Shown here in pieces: positions 7,992 through 18,392 of a stretch of DNA of 64,000 nucleotides. Source of the DNA: Thermoplasmata archaeon (GTDB lineage Archaea; Thermoplasmatota; E2; JACPAO01; JAHFTW01); NCBI GenBank assembly GCA_034667725.1, contig JAXDQS010000003.1, positions 512,001 through 576,000 of the forward strand. The letters are read 5' to 3'. Made by a program: the position numbers and the translations under genes. Position 1 is the first letter of the stretch. The number at the start of each line of letters is the position of its first letter. Below the pieces are notes generated by a model. It was not told where the DNA came from. It ran no database searches and worked only from the letters and a program-made list of their open reading frames with translations.

Positions 7992-10079
7992 TTGAAGCCG
8001 CCCATCTACATCGGGGTCGCCTGGCCGTACGCCAACGGCCCCCTGCACCTCGGCCACGTCGCCGGCTCGCTGCTGCCGCCGGACATCTTCCGCCGCGCCA
8101 TGCGGATGATGGGCCACGACGTGCTGATGGTCTCCGGCTCCGACTGCCACGGCACGCCCATCATGATCCAGGCCGAGAAGGCAGGGACGACCCCGGCCGA
8201 GGTGGTGGCGCACTTCCACGCCGACCATGTCCGGGCCTTGGAGCGGCTGGGCGTCGGCTTCGACCTGTTCACGACCACGACGACGCCGAACCACCGCGAC
8301 TGGGTGCAGCAGGTGTTCTTGGCGTGCCGCGAGATGGGCTACATCGAGAAGCGCACCTCGGCGGCGCCGTTCGACGCGATGGCCAACCGGTTCCTGCCCG
8401 ACCGCTACGTCGAGGGCACCTGCCCGCACTGCGGCGACAAGGGGGCCCGGGGCGACCAGTGCGACGCCTGCGGCAAGACGCTGGACCCGAAGGACCTGCA
8501 GAACCCGCGCAGCAAGCTCGACCCGACGCACCCCGTCACGTTCCGCGACACCGAGCACTTCTTCTTCCTGCTGTCGAAGCTGCAGCCGGCGCTGGAGAAG
8601 TACGTGGCGCGCACGGGCGGCCATTGGCGCTCCAACACCATCCACTTCACGCAGAACTGGCTGAAGGAGGGCTTGCAGGACCGGGCCATCACGCGCGATT
8701 TGACCTGGGGCATCCCGATCCCCGAGGCGGGCTACGACGACAAGCGCATCTACGTCTGGTTCGAGGCGGTGTGCGGCTACCTGACGGCGAGCATCGAGTG
8801 GGCGGCCCGCAGCGGCAAGCCGGACGCCTGGAAGCGCTACTGGACCGACCCCGCCGCGAAGGCGTACTACTTCCTCGGCAAGGACAACATCCCGTTCCAC
8901 ACCATCATCTGGCCCGCCATCCTGCTCGCGTTCAACGAGGCGCGGGCGAAGAAGGGCGAGAAGCCGCTGAACCTGCCGTTCGACGTGCCCGCCAACGAGT
9001 TCCTCAACCTCTCCGGCCTCAAGTTCTCCAAGTCGCAAGGCGTCGGCATCGGCGTCCACGAGGTGCTCGACCGCTTCCAGCCGGACGCCGTGCGCTACTA
9101 CCTCAGCATCAACATGCCCGAGGGCAAGGACGCCGACTGGACCTGGGAGGACTTCGGCAGCAAGGTCAACGACGAACTCGTCGGCACCCTGGGCAACCTG
9201 TTCCACCGCGTGCTGTCGTTCACCCACAAGAACGTCGGCCGCATCCCCAACGACCCCGAGCCGCACGACAAGCTGGACGCCAAGGTGCGCGAGGCCATCG
9301 CGGCCACCGGCGAGGAGCTGGCCCTCCACCTCTCGACCGTCAACCTCCGCAAGGGGATGCGACGCGTGATGGAGCTCGCCATCCAGGGCAACCAGTGGAT
9401 GCAGGAGGCGCAGCCGTGGGCCCGCTTCAAGACCCACCGCGAGGAGGCCGAGGACAACCTGCACTCGCTGCTTCGCCTGTGCAAGGCGCTCGCCGTCTAC
9501 ATGGCGCCCTACCTGCCGCACGCCGCCGAGGAGGCCTGGCGGATGCTCGGCGAGCAGGGCAGCGTCCACGCCCAGCCGTGGTCCGCCGCCCAGGCGCCGC
9601 TCCAGGCCGGCCAGGCGCTCCAGGAGCCCAAGGCGCTGTTCGTCAAGCTGGAGCCCGAACTGGTCGCGCAACTGGCCGGGCCTGCGCCCGCCGCCGCGCC
9701 CACGGCCGCCAAGGCCCCGCCGAAGCCCACCGCCATCGCGACCCCGCCGCACGGCACCGTGACCATCGACGACTTCGCCCGGCTGCACATCCGGCTCGCC
9801 AAGGTGGTCGCCGTCGAGGACCACCCGAAGGCGGACAAGCTCTACGTGCTCCGCCTCGACGCGGGGGAGCTGGGCCCGCGCCAAGTGGTCGCCGGCCTCA
9901 AGGCGCACTACAAGCCCGAGGAGCTCGTGGGCAAGACCGTCGCGTTCCTGGCCAACCTCCAGCCCGCCATGCTGCGCGGCGTCGAGTCGCAAGGCATGGT
10001 GCTGGCCGCCGACGACGGCACCCTCGTGGGCGTGCTGCGGCCCGACCGCGAGCTTCCCGCCGGCTCGAAGGTGCGGTAG
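7992..10079 (+). CDS. metG: Methionine--tRNA ligase with C-terminal tRNA-binding domain
   Basis: AWPYANGPLHLGH, Zn knuckle CPHC..CDAC, YVWFEA, KFSKS, C-terminal Trbp111-like domain. TTG start assumed. Confidence 0.96.
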   Translation: MKPPIYIGVAWPYANGPLHLGHVAGSLLPPDIFRRAMRMMGHDVLMVSGSDCHGTPIMIQAEKAGTTPAEVVAHFHADHVRALERLGVGFDLFTTTTTPNHRDWVQQVFLACREMGYIEKRTSAAPFDAMANRFLPDRYVEGTCPHCGDKGARGDQCDACGKTLDPKDLQNPRSKLDPTHPVTFRDTEHFFFLLSKLQPALEKYVARTGGHWRSNTIHFTQNWLKEGLQDRAITRDLTWGIPIPEAGYDDKRIYVWFEAVCGYLTASIEWAARSGKPDAWKRYWTDPAAKAYYFLGKDNIPFHTIIWPAILLAFNEARAKKGEKPLNLPFDVPANEFLNLSGLKFSKSQGVGIGVHEVLDRFQPDAVRYYLSINMPEGKDADWTWEDFGSKVNDELVGTLGNLFHRVLSFTHKNVGRIPNDPEPHDKLDAKVREAIAATGEELALHLSTVNLRKGMRRVMELAIQGNQWMQEAQPWARFKTHREEAEDNLHSLLRLCKALAVYMAPYLPHAAEEAWRMLGEQGSVHAQPWSAAQAPLQAGQALQEPKALFVKLEPELVAQLAGPAPAAAPTAAKAPPKPTAIATPPHGTVTIDDFARLHIRLAKVVAVEDHPKADKLYVLRLDAGELGPRQVVAGLKAHYKPEELVGKTVAFLANLQPAMLRGVESQGMVLAADDGTLVGVLRPDRELPAGSKVR

Positions 10080-10129
10080 CCGCCGAACCCGCTCGCAGCC
10101 TCTTTGAGCACGCAGGCGCATCGACGGGC

Positions 10130-10600
10130 GTGCGGCTGCTTGCCCTCCTCGCCCTCGGCCTGTTCCTGCTGCCCGGATGCACGACCGACGAGGACGTCAG
10201 CGACGCCCAGAAGCTCCTGGACCAAGCCAAGCTGGCGACCGGCCAAGGCACCGAGGACGTCCAGTTCACCATGAACGTCACGGCCGCCGCCATCGTGCCC
10301 GGCCGCTGCTTCGACGGCGCCACCTCCTTCGGCGACGAGTGCCACCTCCTCGACGTCACCCTCAACCTGACCAAGGCCAAGCGCGACCTCGACCTCTGGC
10401 ACGGTTGGAGGGGCTTCACCCAGGCCGGCCTTGGCATCCCCAGCTTCGCCGAGGGCGGCCAGGTCGCCGCCGCCGGGCGCATCGTGCAGGTGCAGATGCG
10501 CTTCGAGATGGACGCGGGCACCGCCGAACGCCTGGTGGAGCTGCAGCACAAGGGGGACTGGGGGCCGACGTACACCACGGCCGCGGTGCCCGCCTACTGA
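10130..10600 (+). CDS. Putative lipoprotein
   Basis: Hydrophobic leader ending LLPGC. GTG start. Confidence 0.7.
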   Translation: MRLLALLALGLFLLPGCTTDEDVSDAQKLLDQAKLATGQGTEDVQFTMNVTAAAIVPGRCFDGATSFGDECHLLDVTLNLTKAKRDLDLWHGWRGFTQAGLGIPSFAEGGQVAAAGRIVQVQMRFEMDAGTAERLVELQHKGDWGPTYTTAAVPAY

Positions 10601-10611
10601 TCCAACTAGGG

Positions 10612-11265
10612 TCAAAGGCACGACTGGACGTGCCGCACGCTCGCCGCGACGCTGCGCGCCGCCGCCTCGCCCTCGACGCTGGGCCCATGCCCGCAGTGCA
10701 GCGCCCGCACCGGCAGCTTGCCCAGGCGCAGGATGCTCTCCGCCTCCAGCCTCAGCTCGGAGTCGGGGAAGTCGAAGCGCCCGATGCCGCCCTCCGCGAA
10801 CAGGGTGTCGCCCGAGAACAGCGTGCCCGTGCCTTCGTGCCAGTAGCACGCGCTGCCAGGGCAGTGGCCGGGCGTCTCCAGCACGCTGAACGCGGCGCCG
10901 CCCAGCTCGATCGAGTCGCCGTCGCCCACCACGTCGTCCACCAGAATCTGGACGATACGGCCGCCGAACATCTCGGAGGTCGGGTCGCGGCCCTCCGCGA
11001 GCTTCATGGCGGCGCGGCGGCTGGCCACGACGCGGGCCCCCAGCGCCTTGTAATGCGGGAGGCCGTTGACATGGTCCAGGTGCTCGTGCGTGACCGCCAC
11101 GCTGCGGACGCGCTTCGGGTCGGTGACAGCGCGCACCTCCTCCAGCACGCGCGCGAAGTCGAGGCCATGGCCGGCGTCCACCATGTCGAAGGCGTTCGAC
11201 TTCGGGTCCTTGACGAGGAACTGGTTGCAGTCCCAGCCGCGGCCGCCCAAGCGCAACACCTTCAT
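10612..11265 (-). CDS. Metallo-beta-lactamase-fold hydrolase
   Basis: THEHLDH, TPGH, LFSGD, CGHG. Confidence 0.92.
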   Translation of the reverse strand: MKVLRLGGRGWDCNQFLVKDPKSNAFDMVDAGHGLDFARVLEEVRAVTDPKRVRSVAVTHEHLDHVNGLPHYKALGARVVASRRAAMKLAEGRDPTSEMFGGRIVQILVDDVVGDGDSIELGGAAFSVLETPGHCPGSACYWHEGTGTLFSGDTLFAEGGIGRFDFPDSELRLEAESILRLGKLPVRALHCGHGPSVEGEAAARSVAASVRHVQSCL

Positions 11266-12359
11266 GGCGCCGCCTCCGCCGTGGGCGCCAGCGTCGCCGC
11301 CCGGTCGGCCGCGCGCGCGATGGCGTCGAGCACGCCGCCCGCGGGCGCCAGCAGGCGCGCGGGGACGGCGGCGTGCGCGAACCCTTCCGCCAGGCCGAGG
11401 CGCTCCATGGCCGCGAACGCGCCGCCGTGCAGGTCGGCGTGGGCGCGCCGGGCCTGCGCCGCGATGGCGGGGAACGGCTCGGGGCCGCCCGCCCGCAGCG
11501 CCTCGCCGACGGCGGCGACCGCCGTGCGGCCGGCGGCGAGGGCCGCGCCCGTCGCGCGCACCAGCTCGCGCGCAAGCGGCGGCGTGTCCGGGAGGGCCAT
11601 GCGGCGGGCCAGCTCCTGCGGCGGGTAGGCCAAATCGGCGCGCGCGACGCCGTGGCCTTCGAGGACCGCCTCGGCGACCGCCATGGCCTTGCGGCCGGCG
11701 TCGTGCAGCTCGGCGGCCATGAGGTCCAGCAACTGGAAGTCGCTGACGTTCTCCAGCGGCAGCTCGAGGGTGGCGACCAGGCGCAGGGCTTGCAGGTAGA
11801 GGCGGGACAGGTCCTCCTCGTGCATGGCCACCAGGATGCGGGCGTCCTGGGCGACGCGCTCGGGGTGGGCGCCGTAGGCCTCGACGCAGTCGGCGGCCAG
11901 CTCCAGCATGTCGCCGAGGCGGGACGCCATCATCTGCAGCAGGTCGGTGCCGCTGCTGAACGGCGCGGGCAGGTTGTTCTGGAGGCGGAACCCGATGGCC
12001 GCGGGCGCGACCCGGGCCTGGATGCGCTCGTCGAGGTGGCGCAGGAACTCGCGGGCGGCGGCGACGCAGTCGGGCCCGAACTTGCCGGCGGCCGGCGCGA
12101 GCGACAGCTCGTTGGCGCCGCGGACGTAGCCCGCCGCCAGCCGCGCGCACACGGCCTTCGGGTCGGCGGGCGTCGTGGCCTGGTAGCGGCGCTCGCGCAC
12201 GACGGGGACCACCAGCAGGCTGCCGCCGATGACGTGCAGGTCCACCTCGCGGCCCTTCTGCTGCTCCGGGTCCCAGCCGTCGATCCACTTCTTGGGCAGG
12301 TAGATCGAGTACGCGCCGCTGCCGACCTGGGTGACCCGCTTGCGCTTCAGGGCCTGCAC
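11262..12359 (-). CDS. AbrB/MazE-type DNA-binding plus PhoU-like regulator
   Basis: N-terminal KRVTQVGSGAYSIYLPKKW is typical of archaeal AbrB-PhoU regulators. The rest is helical. Confidence 0.75.
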   Translation of the reverse strand: MQALKRKRVTQVGSGAYSIYLPKKWIDGWDPEQQKGREVDLHVIGGSLLVVPVVRERRYQATTPADPKAVCARLAAGYVRGANELSLAPAAGKFGPDCVAAAREFLRHLDERIQARVAPAAIGFRLQNNLPAPFSSGTDLLQMMASRLGDMLELAADCVEAYGAHPERVAQDARILVAMHEEDLSRLYLQALRLVATLELPLENVSDFQLLDLMAAELHDAGRKAMAVAEAVLEGHGVARADLAYPPQELARRMALPDTPPLARELVRATGAALAAGRTAVAAVGEALRAGGPEPFPAIAAQARRAHADLHGGAFAAMERLGLAEGFAHAAVPARLLAPAGGVLDAIARAADRAATLAPTAEAAP

Positions 12360-12406
12360 GCCTTTGCCATGGGCGGCGCCATTTAGGAGCCCGCCTATGC
12401 CGCCCC

Positions 12407-13027
12407 ATGGACAAGGACGCGGCCGAGGCCTACCTGCAACGCCTCGCACCCTCGAAGGGCGTGTTGGCGCAGATGCAGGCCCGCGGCGAGGGCGCCGGCT
12501 TCCCCATCATCGGGCCACTTGTGGGATCCCTGTGCGCCCAATGGGCCCAAGCCGTCGGGGCCCGCCGGGTGTTCGAGATGGGCTCCGGCTTCGGCTACTC
12601 CACCGCGTTCTTCGCCAAGGCGGTCGGGCCGGAGGGCGTCGTCGTCCACACCGAGGACTCCGACGAACTGCAGGCCGAGGCGAAGGAGTGGCTGGGCCGG
12701 CTGCGGCTCAGGTCCCGCGTCGAGTTCGAGCCGGGCAACGCCATCGAGACGCTGCGCCGCCGCAAGGGCGCCTGGGACGTGGTGTTCATCGACATCGAGA
12801 AGGAGGACTACCCCCAAGCATGGGAGGTCGCGCGCCACCGCGTCCGCACAGGCGGCGTCATCGTGACCGACAACACGCTCTGGCAAGGCAAGGTGTGGGA
12901 CCCGAAGGCGAAGGACGCCCAGACCCGTGGCGTGCGGGAATACACCCGGCTGGCGTTCGAGGACGAAGGGTTCGCGACCACGATCGTGCCGTTGCGGGAC
13001 GGGGTGGCGGTGTCGTTGCGGCTCTAG
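12407..13027 (+). CDS. SAM-dependent O-methyltransferase
   Basis: FEMGSGFGYS, VFIDIEKEDY, VTDNTLWQG. Confidence 0.92.
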   Translation: MDKDAAEAYLQRLAPSKGVLAQMQARGEGAGFPIIGPLVGSLCAQWAQAVGARRVFEMGSGFGYSTAFFAKAVGPEGVVVHTEDSDELQAEAKEWLGRLRLRSRVEFEPGNAIETLRRRKGAWDVVFIDIEKEDYPQAWEVARHRVRTGGVIVTDNTLWQGKVWDPKAKDAQTRGVREYTRLAFEDEGFATTIVPLRDGVAVSLRL

Positions 13028-13683
13028 GGCAGCTTCCCGCCCGGCCCAAAGCTCCGCAGCGTCATCGCGAACCGCTGCACCGTCGTGAGCGCCCCCACCA
13101 CCGCGAAGTATGCCATCACCAACTCCAGGAAGTTGGTCGCGCGCCCAAGGACCATCAAGGGGCCGCCGTTCCATTCGCTCCAGCCGAACTGGATGAGCGG
13201 CAGGAACAAGAGGAGGACCATGCGGTCGGCGCGGCCGAGCCAGCCGCCGTAGTTGCGCTTCAACCCGACGGCTTGCGCCTGCGTGCCCATGTAGCTCGTG
13301 AGCAGCGTGAAGCCCACCGCGAGCAGGCCGATCCAAGGTGTTGGCGACCACGGGCTGAGGGCGATGCCGACCAGGAAGGCGGTGTCGCTGAACCGGTCGA
13401 TGGCGTGGTCGAGGAAGTCGCCGCGCGGGGTCGCCTGGTTGGTGAGCTTGGCGACCTTGCCGTCCAAGAGGTCGAGGATGGAGTTGAGCCCGACGCAGGC
13501 CCAGGCCGCCAGCAGCACCGCGCGGCCCGCGTAGCCCGGCGACGAGGCCCAGAACAGCACGCCGCCGAGGATGGCCACCGCCAAACTGAGCCAGGTGAAG
13601 ACGTCGGGGTGGACACGGCGGACCACGTGGGTCAGGGGGTCGAGCCACCAGTCGAGGACGCGGCGGTGTCTGTCCAGGACCAT
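13024..13683 (-). CDS. CDP-alcohol phosphatidyltransferase (archaetidylinositol-phosphate synthase-like)
   Basis: DLLDGKVAK...GDFLDHAIDRFSD signature. Confidence 0.92.
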   Translation of the reverse strand: MVLDRHRRVLDWWLDPLTHVVRRVHPDVFTWLSLAVAILGGVLFWASSPGYAGRAVLLAAWACVGLNSILDLLDGKVAKLTNQATPRGDFLDHAIDRFSDTAFLVGIALSPWSPTPWIGLLAVGFTLLTSYMGTQAQAVGLKRNYGGWLGRADRMVLLLFLPLIQFGWSEWNGGPLMVLGRATNFLELVMAYFAVVGALTTVQRFAMTLRSFGPGGKLP

Positions 13684-13687
13684 GGGC

Positions 13688-14206
13688 TCACCGGATGGGG
13701 AGCTGGCCGCTCCAGTCGACCGGCTCCAGGTCGGGGGCTTTCAAGGCGTCGAGCCGCACGTCGGCAAACGCCGCAAACACTTCGGCGGCGTTTCGTCGCG
13801 TGCCGTCCCGCTGCACGACCCGAGGGGTCGCGTCGAGCGCCTCCTGCAAAATCAGGTCGAGCGCCTCGGCCTCCAGGTTCTCGTGGACCTTGGCGGGGCC
13901 GTAGCCGCGCAGCTGGAGGCGGCCGCGCAGCACGGCAGGGTCGCAGCGCAGCACCCAGGCCGCGTCGAGGCCAAGGAGGTGGCTCAAGTGGCCTTCGACG
14001 AGGCAGTCGGCCGGCAGCCCGCGGCGTTGGCGGCGCAGCAGGGCCACGTCGATGGCGTCCGCCTGGTCGGTGGGGTCGTGGCCGGCCACGGCGCCAACGG
14101 CGCGGGCCCACGCCTTGAGGTCGACGACGGCCCAGCCGTGCCGGGCCGCCTCGGCGGCGACCGTGGTCTTGCCGACGCCCGGCGTGCCGGTGAGGGCGAC
14201 GCGCAT
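13688..14206 (-). CDS. Adenylate kinase, archaeal AK6/Fap7 family
   Basis: LTGTPGVGKTT, VEGHLSH, RGY..AKVHEN.EAE. Confidence 0.88.
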   Translation of the reverse strand: MRVALTGTPGVGKTTVAAEAARHGWAVVDLKAWARAVGAVAGHDPTDQADAIDVALLRRQRRGLPADCLVEGHLSHLLGLDAAWVLRCDPAVLRGRLQLRGYGPAKVHENLEAEALDLILQEALDATPRVVQRDGTRRNAAEVFAAFADVRLDALKAPDLEPVDWSGQLPIR

Positions 14207-15525
14207 CAGCCCTGCACGACGCGCGGGGCGGCGCCGGCCAGCTCGATGAAGGGGTAGCCGCCGAGGCGCGCGTCGTTGAAGCAGTAGCGCACTTCCTGGA
14301 AGCCGGCCTTGAAGGCGGCCACGTCGCGGCGCACCCGGGCGGGGTCCTCGCGCCGCAGCAGGGCGCGGGCGAAGAACCGGGCCACCTCGGCCATGTGGCC
14401 CTTGCCCATGCCGGTGCGGGTCAGCTCCTGCACGCCGAGGCGGACGCCGCTCGGGGTCAGCGGCTTGGTGTCGCCGGGCAGCATGTTCATGTTGGTGATG
14501 ATGCCGCACGCCTCCAGGGTCGCCGCGGCCTGCGCGCCGGCGCCCGAGTCGGCAGCACCGTGGCGGGTCACGACCTGGTGGCTGCGGGTGAAGCCGCGGT
14601 CGGCGGCAAGGACATCGAAGCCTTCCGCGGCGAGGGCGGCGCCGAGGGCTTGGGCGTTCGCCACGATGTCGCGGGCGTACGCGGTCCCGAACTCGAGGAA
14701 CTCGGCGAGCGCCACCACCTTGCCGGCGACGTGGTGCAGGTGGTAGCTGGAGACGACGCCGGGGAACACGCCGGCGTTGAGCCTGCGCTGCATCTTCTCG
14801 TCCTTGGTGTCGCTGAGGACGAAGCCGCCTTGCGGGCCGGGGAAGGTCTTGTGGCTGCTGCCGGTGAGGACGTCGGCGCCCTCCCGCAACGGGTCCTGGA
14901 ACTGGCCGCCGGCGATGAGCCCCAGCACGTGCGCGCCGTCGTACATCACCGTCGCCCCTGCCTCGTGGGCGGCGTCGGCCAGCTCTTTGAGCGGGGTCGG
15001 GAACAGGAACATCGACTGGCCGAACAAGGCGAGCTTGGGGGCCTCCTTGCGAATCAGCTTGAGGCTGCCGTCCAGGTCCGGCTCCATGCGGTCGATGTCC
15101 CAGGGGTAGGTGTGCAGCGCGAGGCCGCGCATCCCGACCGCCCCCATCGGCGCGTGGCTGATGTGGCCGCCGTCCGCCGTCGAGACCGCCGTGATGGCGT
15201 CGCCCGGCTTGGTGAGCGCCTTGAGGACCGCGAGGTTGGAGTTGGTGCCCGAGGTGCTCTGGATGTTGGCGAAGGCGCAGCGGAACAGCTTCTTCGCCAG
15301 GTCGATGCCCAACGACTCGACGGTGTCGAAGTCGCCGCAGCCCTGGTAGTACCGCTTGCCCGGCAGGCCCTCGGCGTAGCGGCCATGGAAGTCGGTCACC
15401 AGCATCTCGGCCACGCGCGGGCTCACGATGTTCTCCGACGCGATCATCGGCAGGCCGTCCCGGAACAGCGCGGTGCTGCGGCGCGCCGCGTCCCGGACCG
15501 TCTCGGCCGCCTGGCGGTTGTCCAT
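14206..15525 (-). CDS. glyA: Serine hydroxymethyltransferase
   Basis: MIASEN, YAEGLPGKRYYQG, YDGAH, SSHKTFPGPQGG. Confidence 0.96.
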   Translation of the reverse strand: MDNRQAAETVRDAARRSTALFRDGLPMIASENIVSPRVAEMLVTDFHGRYAEGLPGKRYYQGCGDFDTVESLGIDLAKKLFRCAFANIQSTSGTNSNLAVLKALTKPGDAITAVSTADGGHISHAPMGAVGMRGLALHTYPWDIDRMEPDLDGSLKLIRKEAPKLALFGQSMFLFPTPLKELADAAHEAGATVMYDGAHVLGLIAGGQFQDPLREGADVLTGSSHKTFPGPQGGFVLSDTKDEKMQRRLNAGVFPGVVSSYHLHHVAGKVVALAEFLEFGTAYARDIVANAQALGAALAAEGFDVLAADRGFTRSHQVVTRHGAADSGAGAQAAATLEACGIITNMNMLPGDTKPLTPSGVRLGVQELTRTGMGKGHMAEVARFFARALLRREDPARVRRDVAAFKAGFQEVRYCFNDARLGGYPFIELAGAAPRVVQG

Positions 15526-15582
15526 GCCCGCGCGAGCGGCTGGGTGGTGAAAAGCGAAGTGGGGCCCGCCGTTGGGAGGCGC

Positions 15583-16113
15583 GTGCATCCGGTCGTGGCC
15601 CTCGGCCACTCGAACCAGCCGCCGGAGCGGTTCCTGGAGGCGCTCCAGGCCCACGGCGTCCAGGTCCTGGTGGACGTCCGGCGGTTCCCCGGCTCCCGCC
15701 GGGTCGCCTGGACCGGCCGCGACCAACTGGAGCCGATGCTGGCCGAGGCGGGCATCCGCTACCTGCACGCGCCGGACCTGGGCGGCCGGCGCTCGCCGCG
15801 TCCAGGTTCCCTTAACACGGCGTGGCGCAACGCGCAGTTCCGCGGCTACGCCGACCACATGGACGCCCCCGAGTTCCAGTCCGCCTTGGACCGCCTGCTC
15901 GCGTTGGCCAAGAAGGAGGTGGTGGCCGTCATGTGCGCCGAGGCGGTTCCCTGGCGCTGCCACCGCTCGCTCCTGGCCGACGCGCTGGTGGCGCGGGGCG
16001 CCCAGGTGGTGCAGGTGCTTTCCCCGACGAAGGCGGAGCCGCACCGCATGACGCCGTTTGCCAAGGTGGCGGACGGCAAGGTGACGTATCCGGGCGAGAA
16101 GCCCCTGGTCTAG
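15583..16113 (+). CDS. DUF488 family protein
   Basis: GHSN, LVDVRRFPGSR, LGGRR, MCAEAVPWRCHRSL. Confidence 0.9.
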   Translation: MHPVVALGHSNQPPERFLEALQAHGVQVLVDVRRFPGSRRVAWTGRDQLEPMLAEAGIRYLHAPDLGGRRSPRPGSLNTAWRNAQFRGYADHMDAPEFQSALDRLLALAKKEVVAVMCAEAVPWRCHRSLLADALVARGAQVVQVLSPTKAEPHRMTPFAKVADGKVTYPGEKPLV

Positions 16114-17345
16114 GCGAAGGCGGGCAGCCGTGCCCACCGCAACCCGCCCGGATCCATGGCGCCCCGCGGCTTGGCCACCAGTCCCGCCGCGTGGACTGCG
16201 GGCGCCGCCACGCCGGCCCACTCCAGGCCGAAGCGCGCCAGCGCCTGCTGGCCGGTTGGGGCGGTGAAGCCGGTCAGCCGCACGCCGACGAGGCGGATGG
16301 GCCGGCCGTCCAGCATCGGGCGCAGCAGGGCTTGGACAGCGGCGTAGGCGCGGGCGGCGCCGGTGGGGTCGGCGGCGTCGTAGGGGACGTCGGCGGTCTG
16401 GGCGCGGGTGAGGGTGACGAAGCCCTCGTAGCGGACCTTGACGGTGAGGGTGGCGAACGGCCGGCGATCGTGGCGCAGGTGGTGGCCGAAGGTCTCGGCC
16501 AAGAGCTCGCGGGCGGCGTGGGCGACCTTGGCGGGGTCGCGGACGTCGTGGAGGAAGGTCATCTCGTTGCCGCGCGACTTGCGGGGGCCGGAGTCGGCCT
16601 CGACGGGGCGGCGGTCGCGGCCGTTGGCGACCGCCCACAGCCAGGCGCCGTGCGCGCCGAAGCGGCGCTCCAGGTCGGCCACCGGTGTCGCGGCAAGCTG
16701 CGCGACCGTGCGCAGCCCTTCGTCGGCGAGGGCGGCGGCGGTCTTGGGCCCGCAGCCGTGCAGCTTGCGCACGGGCAGCGGCGCGAGGAACGCCTGCACG
16801 CGCTCCGGCGGGACGCGGGTGACGCCGTGCGGCTTGCGGTGGTCGCTGGCGACCTTGGCGACGGACTTGTTGGGCGCGACGCCGACGCTGCAGCTCAGGC
16901 CGGTCTCGCGCTGGACGGCGGCCTGGAGGCTGTGGGCGAGGGCGAGCGCCGCGTCCCAGGCGGTGCCGCCGGTTTCTCGTGCAAGTTGGGTGCAGCGCTC
17001 GGTGACGTCGAGGTAGGCCTCGTCCATGCCGACGGCCTCGAAGACGTCGGCGTAGCCTTCCAGCACGTGCAGGACGGCGTCGCTGGCCTGCTTGTAGCGG
17101 GCGAAGTCGGGGCGCAGGTAGACGGCGTGCGGGGCGCGGCGCCAGGCCTCGCTGATGGGCATCGCGCTCTTGACGCCGAAGACGCGCGCCTCGTAGCTGG
17201 CAGTGCAGACGACGCCGCGGCCCTTGCCCCCGCGCGGGTCGGCGCCGACGACGAGCGGGAGCCCCTTCAGGCTGGGGTCGTCCCTCGTCTCGACGCTGGC
17301 GTAGAACGCGTCCATGTCCACGTGGAACACGATGGCGCCCTGCAC
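16110..17345 (-). CDS. dinB: Y-family DNA polymerase IV
   Basis: HVDMDAFYASVE, ASYEAR.FGV.SAM, GMDEAYLD, SVGVAPNK.VAKVASD..KP.G. Confidence 0.95.
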   Translation of the reverse strand: MQGAIVFHVDMDAFYASVETRDDPSLKGLPLVVGADPRGGKGRGVVCTASYEARVFGVKSAMPISEAWRRAPHAVYLRPDFARYKQASDAVLHVLEGYADVFEAVGMDEAYLDVTERCTQLARETGGTAWDAALALAHSLQAAVQRETGLSCSVGVAPNKSVAKVASDHRKPHGVTRVPPERVQAFLAPLPVRKLHGCGPKTAAALADEGLRTVAQLAATPVADLERRFGAHGAWLWAVANGRDRRPVEADSGPRKSRGNEMTFLHDVRDPAKVAHAARELLAETFGHHLRHDRRPFATLTVKVRYEGFVTLTRAQTADVPYDAADPTGAARAYAAVQALLRPMLDGRPIRLVGVRLTGFTAPTGQQALARFGLEWAGVAAPAVHAAGLVAKPRGAMDPGGLRWARLPAFA

Positions 17346-17450
17346 GCCCGGGGATGGGCGGCGGCGGGCACAAGCGTGGCGCAGGGGTGGGTGAAAGTGG
17401 GGCGGGGCCGACCCGGAGCCGTCAAAAGCGACCCCCTCGTCCTGCGGGCC

Positions 17451-18353
17451 GTGAGCAAGGGCGGCCGCATCCAGGAGGTGGAGCGCCGCACCGGGTCCGC
17501 CATCGACGAGCTGGCCAAGAGCCTGCTGCGCTACCGCATCGTGCGCGGCCCCGCCCGCCGCCTGGCCAACTCCCGCCTGGCCTGGGCCGCCGTGTCCCGC
17601 CTCGACCGCGTCCGCGCCGGCCGCCTGCTGGAGCGCATCCGCAAGGGCGGTCCCGTCCCGCAGCATGTCGGGATCATCATGGACGGCAACCGCCGGTTCG
17701 CGCGGGCGCTGGGGCTGGAGGACCTCGGCATGGGCCACGTGGCCGGCCAGGAGCGCCTGGAGAACGTCCTCGACTGGTGCCTCGACCTCGAGATCAAGGT
17801 GCTCACGGTCTACGCCTTCAGCACCGAGAACTTCCAGCGCGCCGACGCCGAGCGCGAGCTGTTGATGGAGCTGTTCGAGCACAACTTCCGCAAGATGGCG
17901 GACGACCCCCGCGTCCACCAGCACAAGATCCGCGTCGCCTGCATCGGCGACCTCAGCCTCCTGCCCGAAGGGGTCCGCGCCGCCGCCGCCCACGTCATGG
18001 AGCGCACCGCCGGCTACTCGGGCTACCGCTTCAACGTCGCCATCGCCTACGGCGGCCGCCAGGAGATCGTCGAGGCCGTCCGCCAGATCGCCGCCGACGC
18101 CCAGGCCGGCCGCCTGCGCCCCGACGAGGTCACCGCCGAGACCCTCAGCAGCCGGCTCTACACCGGCGGCCTGCCCGACCCCGACTTCATCATCCGCACC
18201 AGCGGCGAGGAGCGCATCAGCAACTTCCTCCTCTGGCAGATGGCGTACGCCGAGCTCTACTTCGCGGACGTCTACTGGCCCCAGCTGACCCGGCTGGAGT
18301 TTCTCCGGGCGATCGAGGAGTTCCAGGCCCGCAAGCGCCGGTTCGGGTCCTGA
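17451..18353 (+). CDS. uppS: cis-Prenyltransferase (undecaprenyl diphosphate synthase family) with N-terminal extension
   Basis: HVGIIMDGNRR, YAFSTENFQR, YGGRQEI, IRTSGEERISNFLLWQ. Start uncertain. Confidence 0.93.
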   Translation: MSKGGRIQEVERRTGSAIDELAKSLLRYRIVRGPARRLANSRLAWAAVSRLDRVRAGRLLERIRKGGPVPQHVGIIMDGNRRFARALGLEDLGMGHVAGQERLENVLDWCLDLEIKVLTVYAFSTENFQRADAERELLMELFEHNFRKMADDPRVHQHKIRVACIGDLSLLPEGVRAAAAHVMERTAGYSGYRFNVAIAYGGRQEIVEAVRQIAADAQAGRLRPDEVTAETLSSRLYTGGLPDPDFIIRTSGEERISNFLLWQMAYAELYFADVYWPQLTRLEFLRAIEEFQARKRRFGS

Positions 18354-18392
18354 GGCCTTCCGCAGCGCAGCCGTCTTGAACCCGCAGCCTCC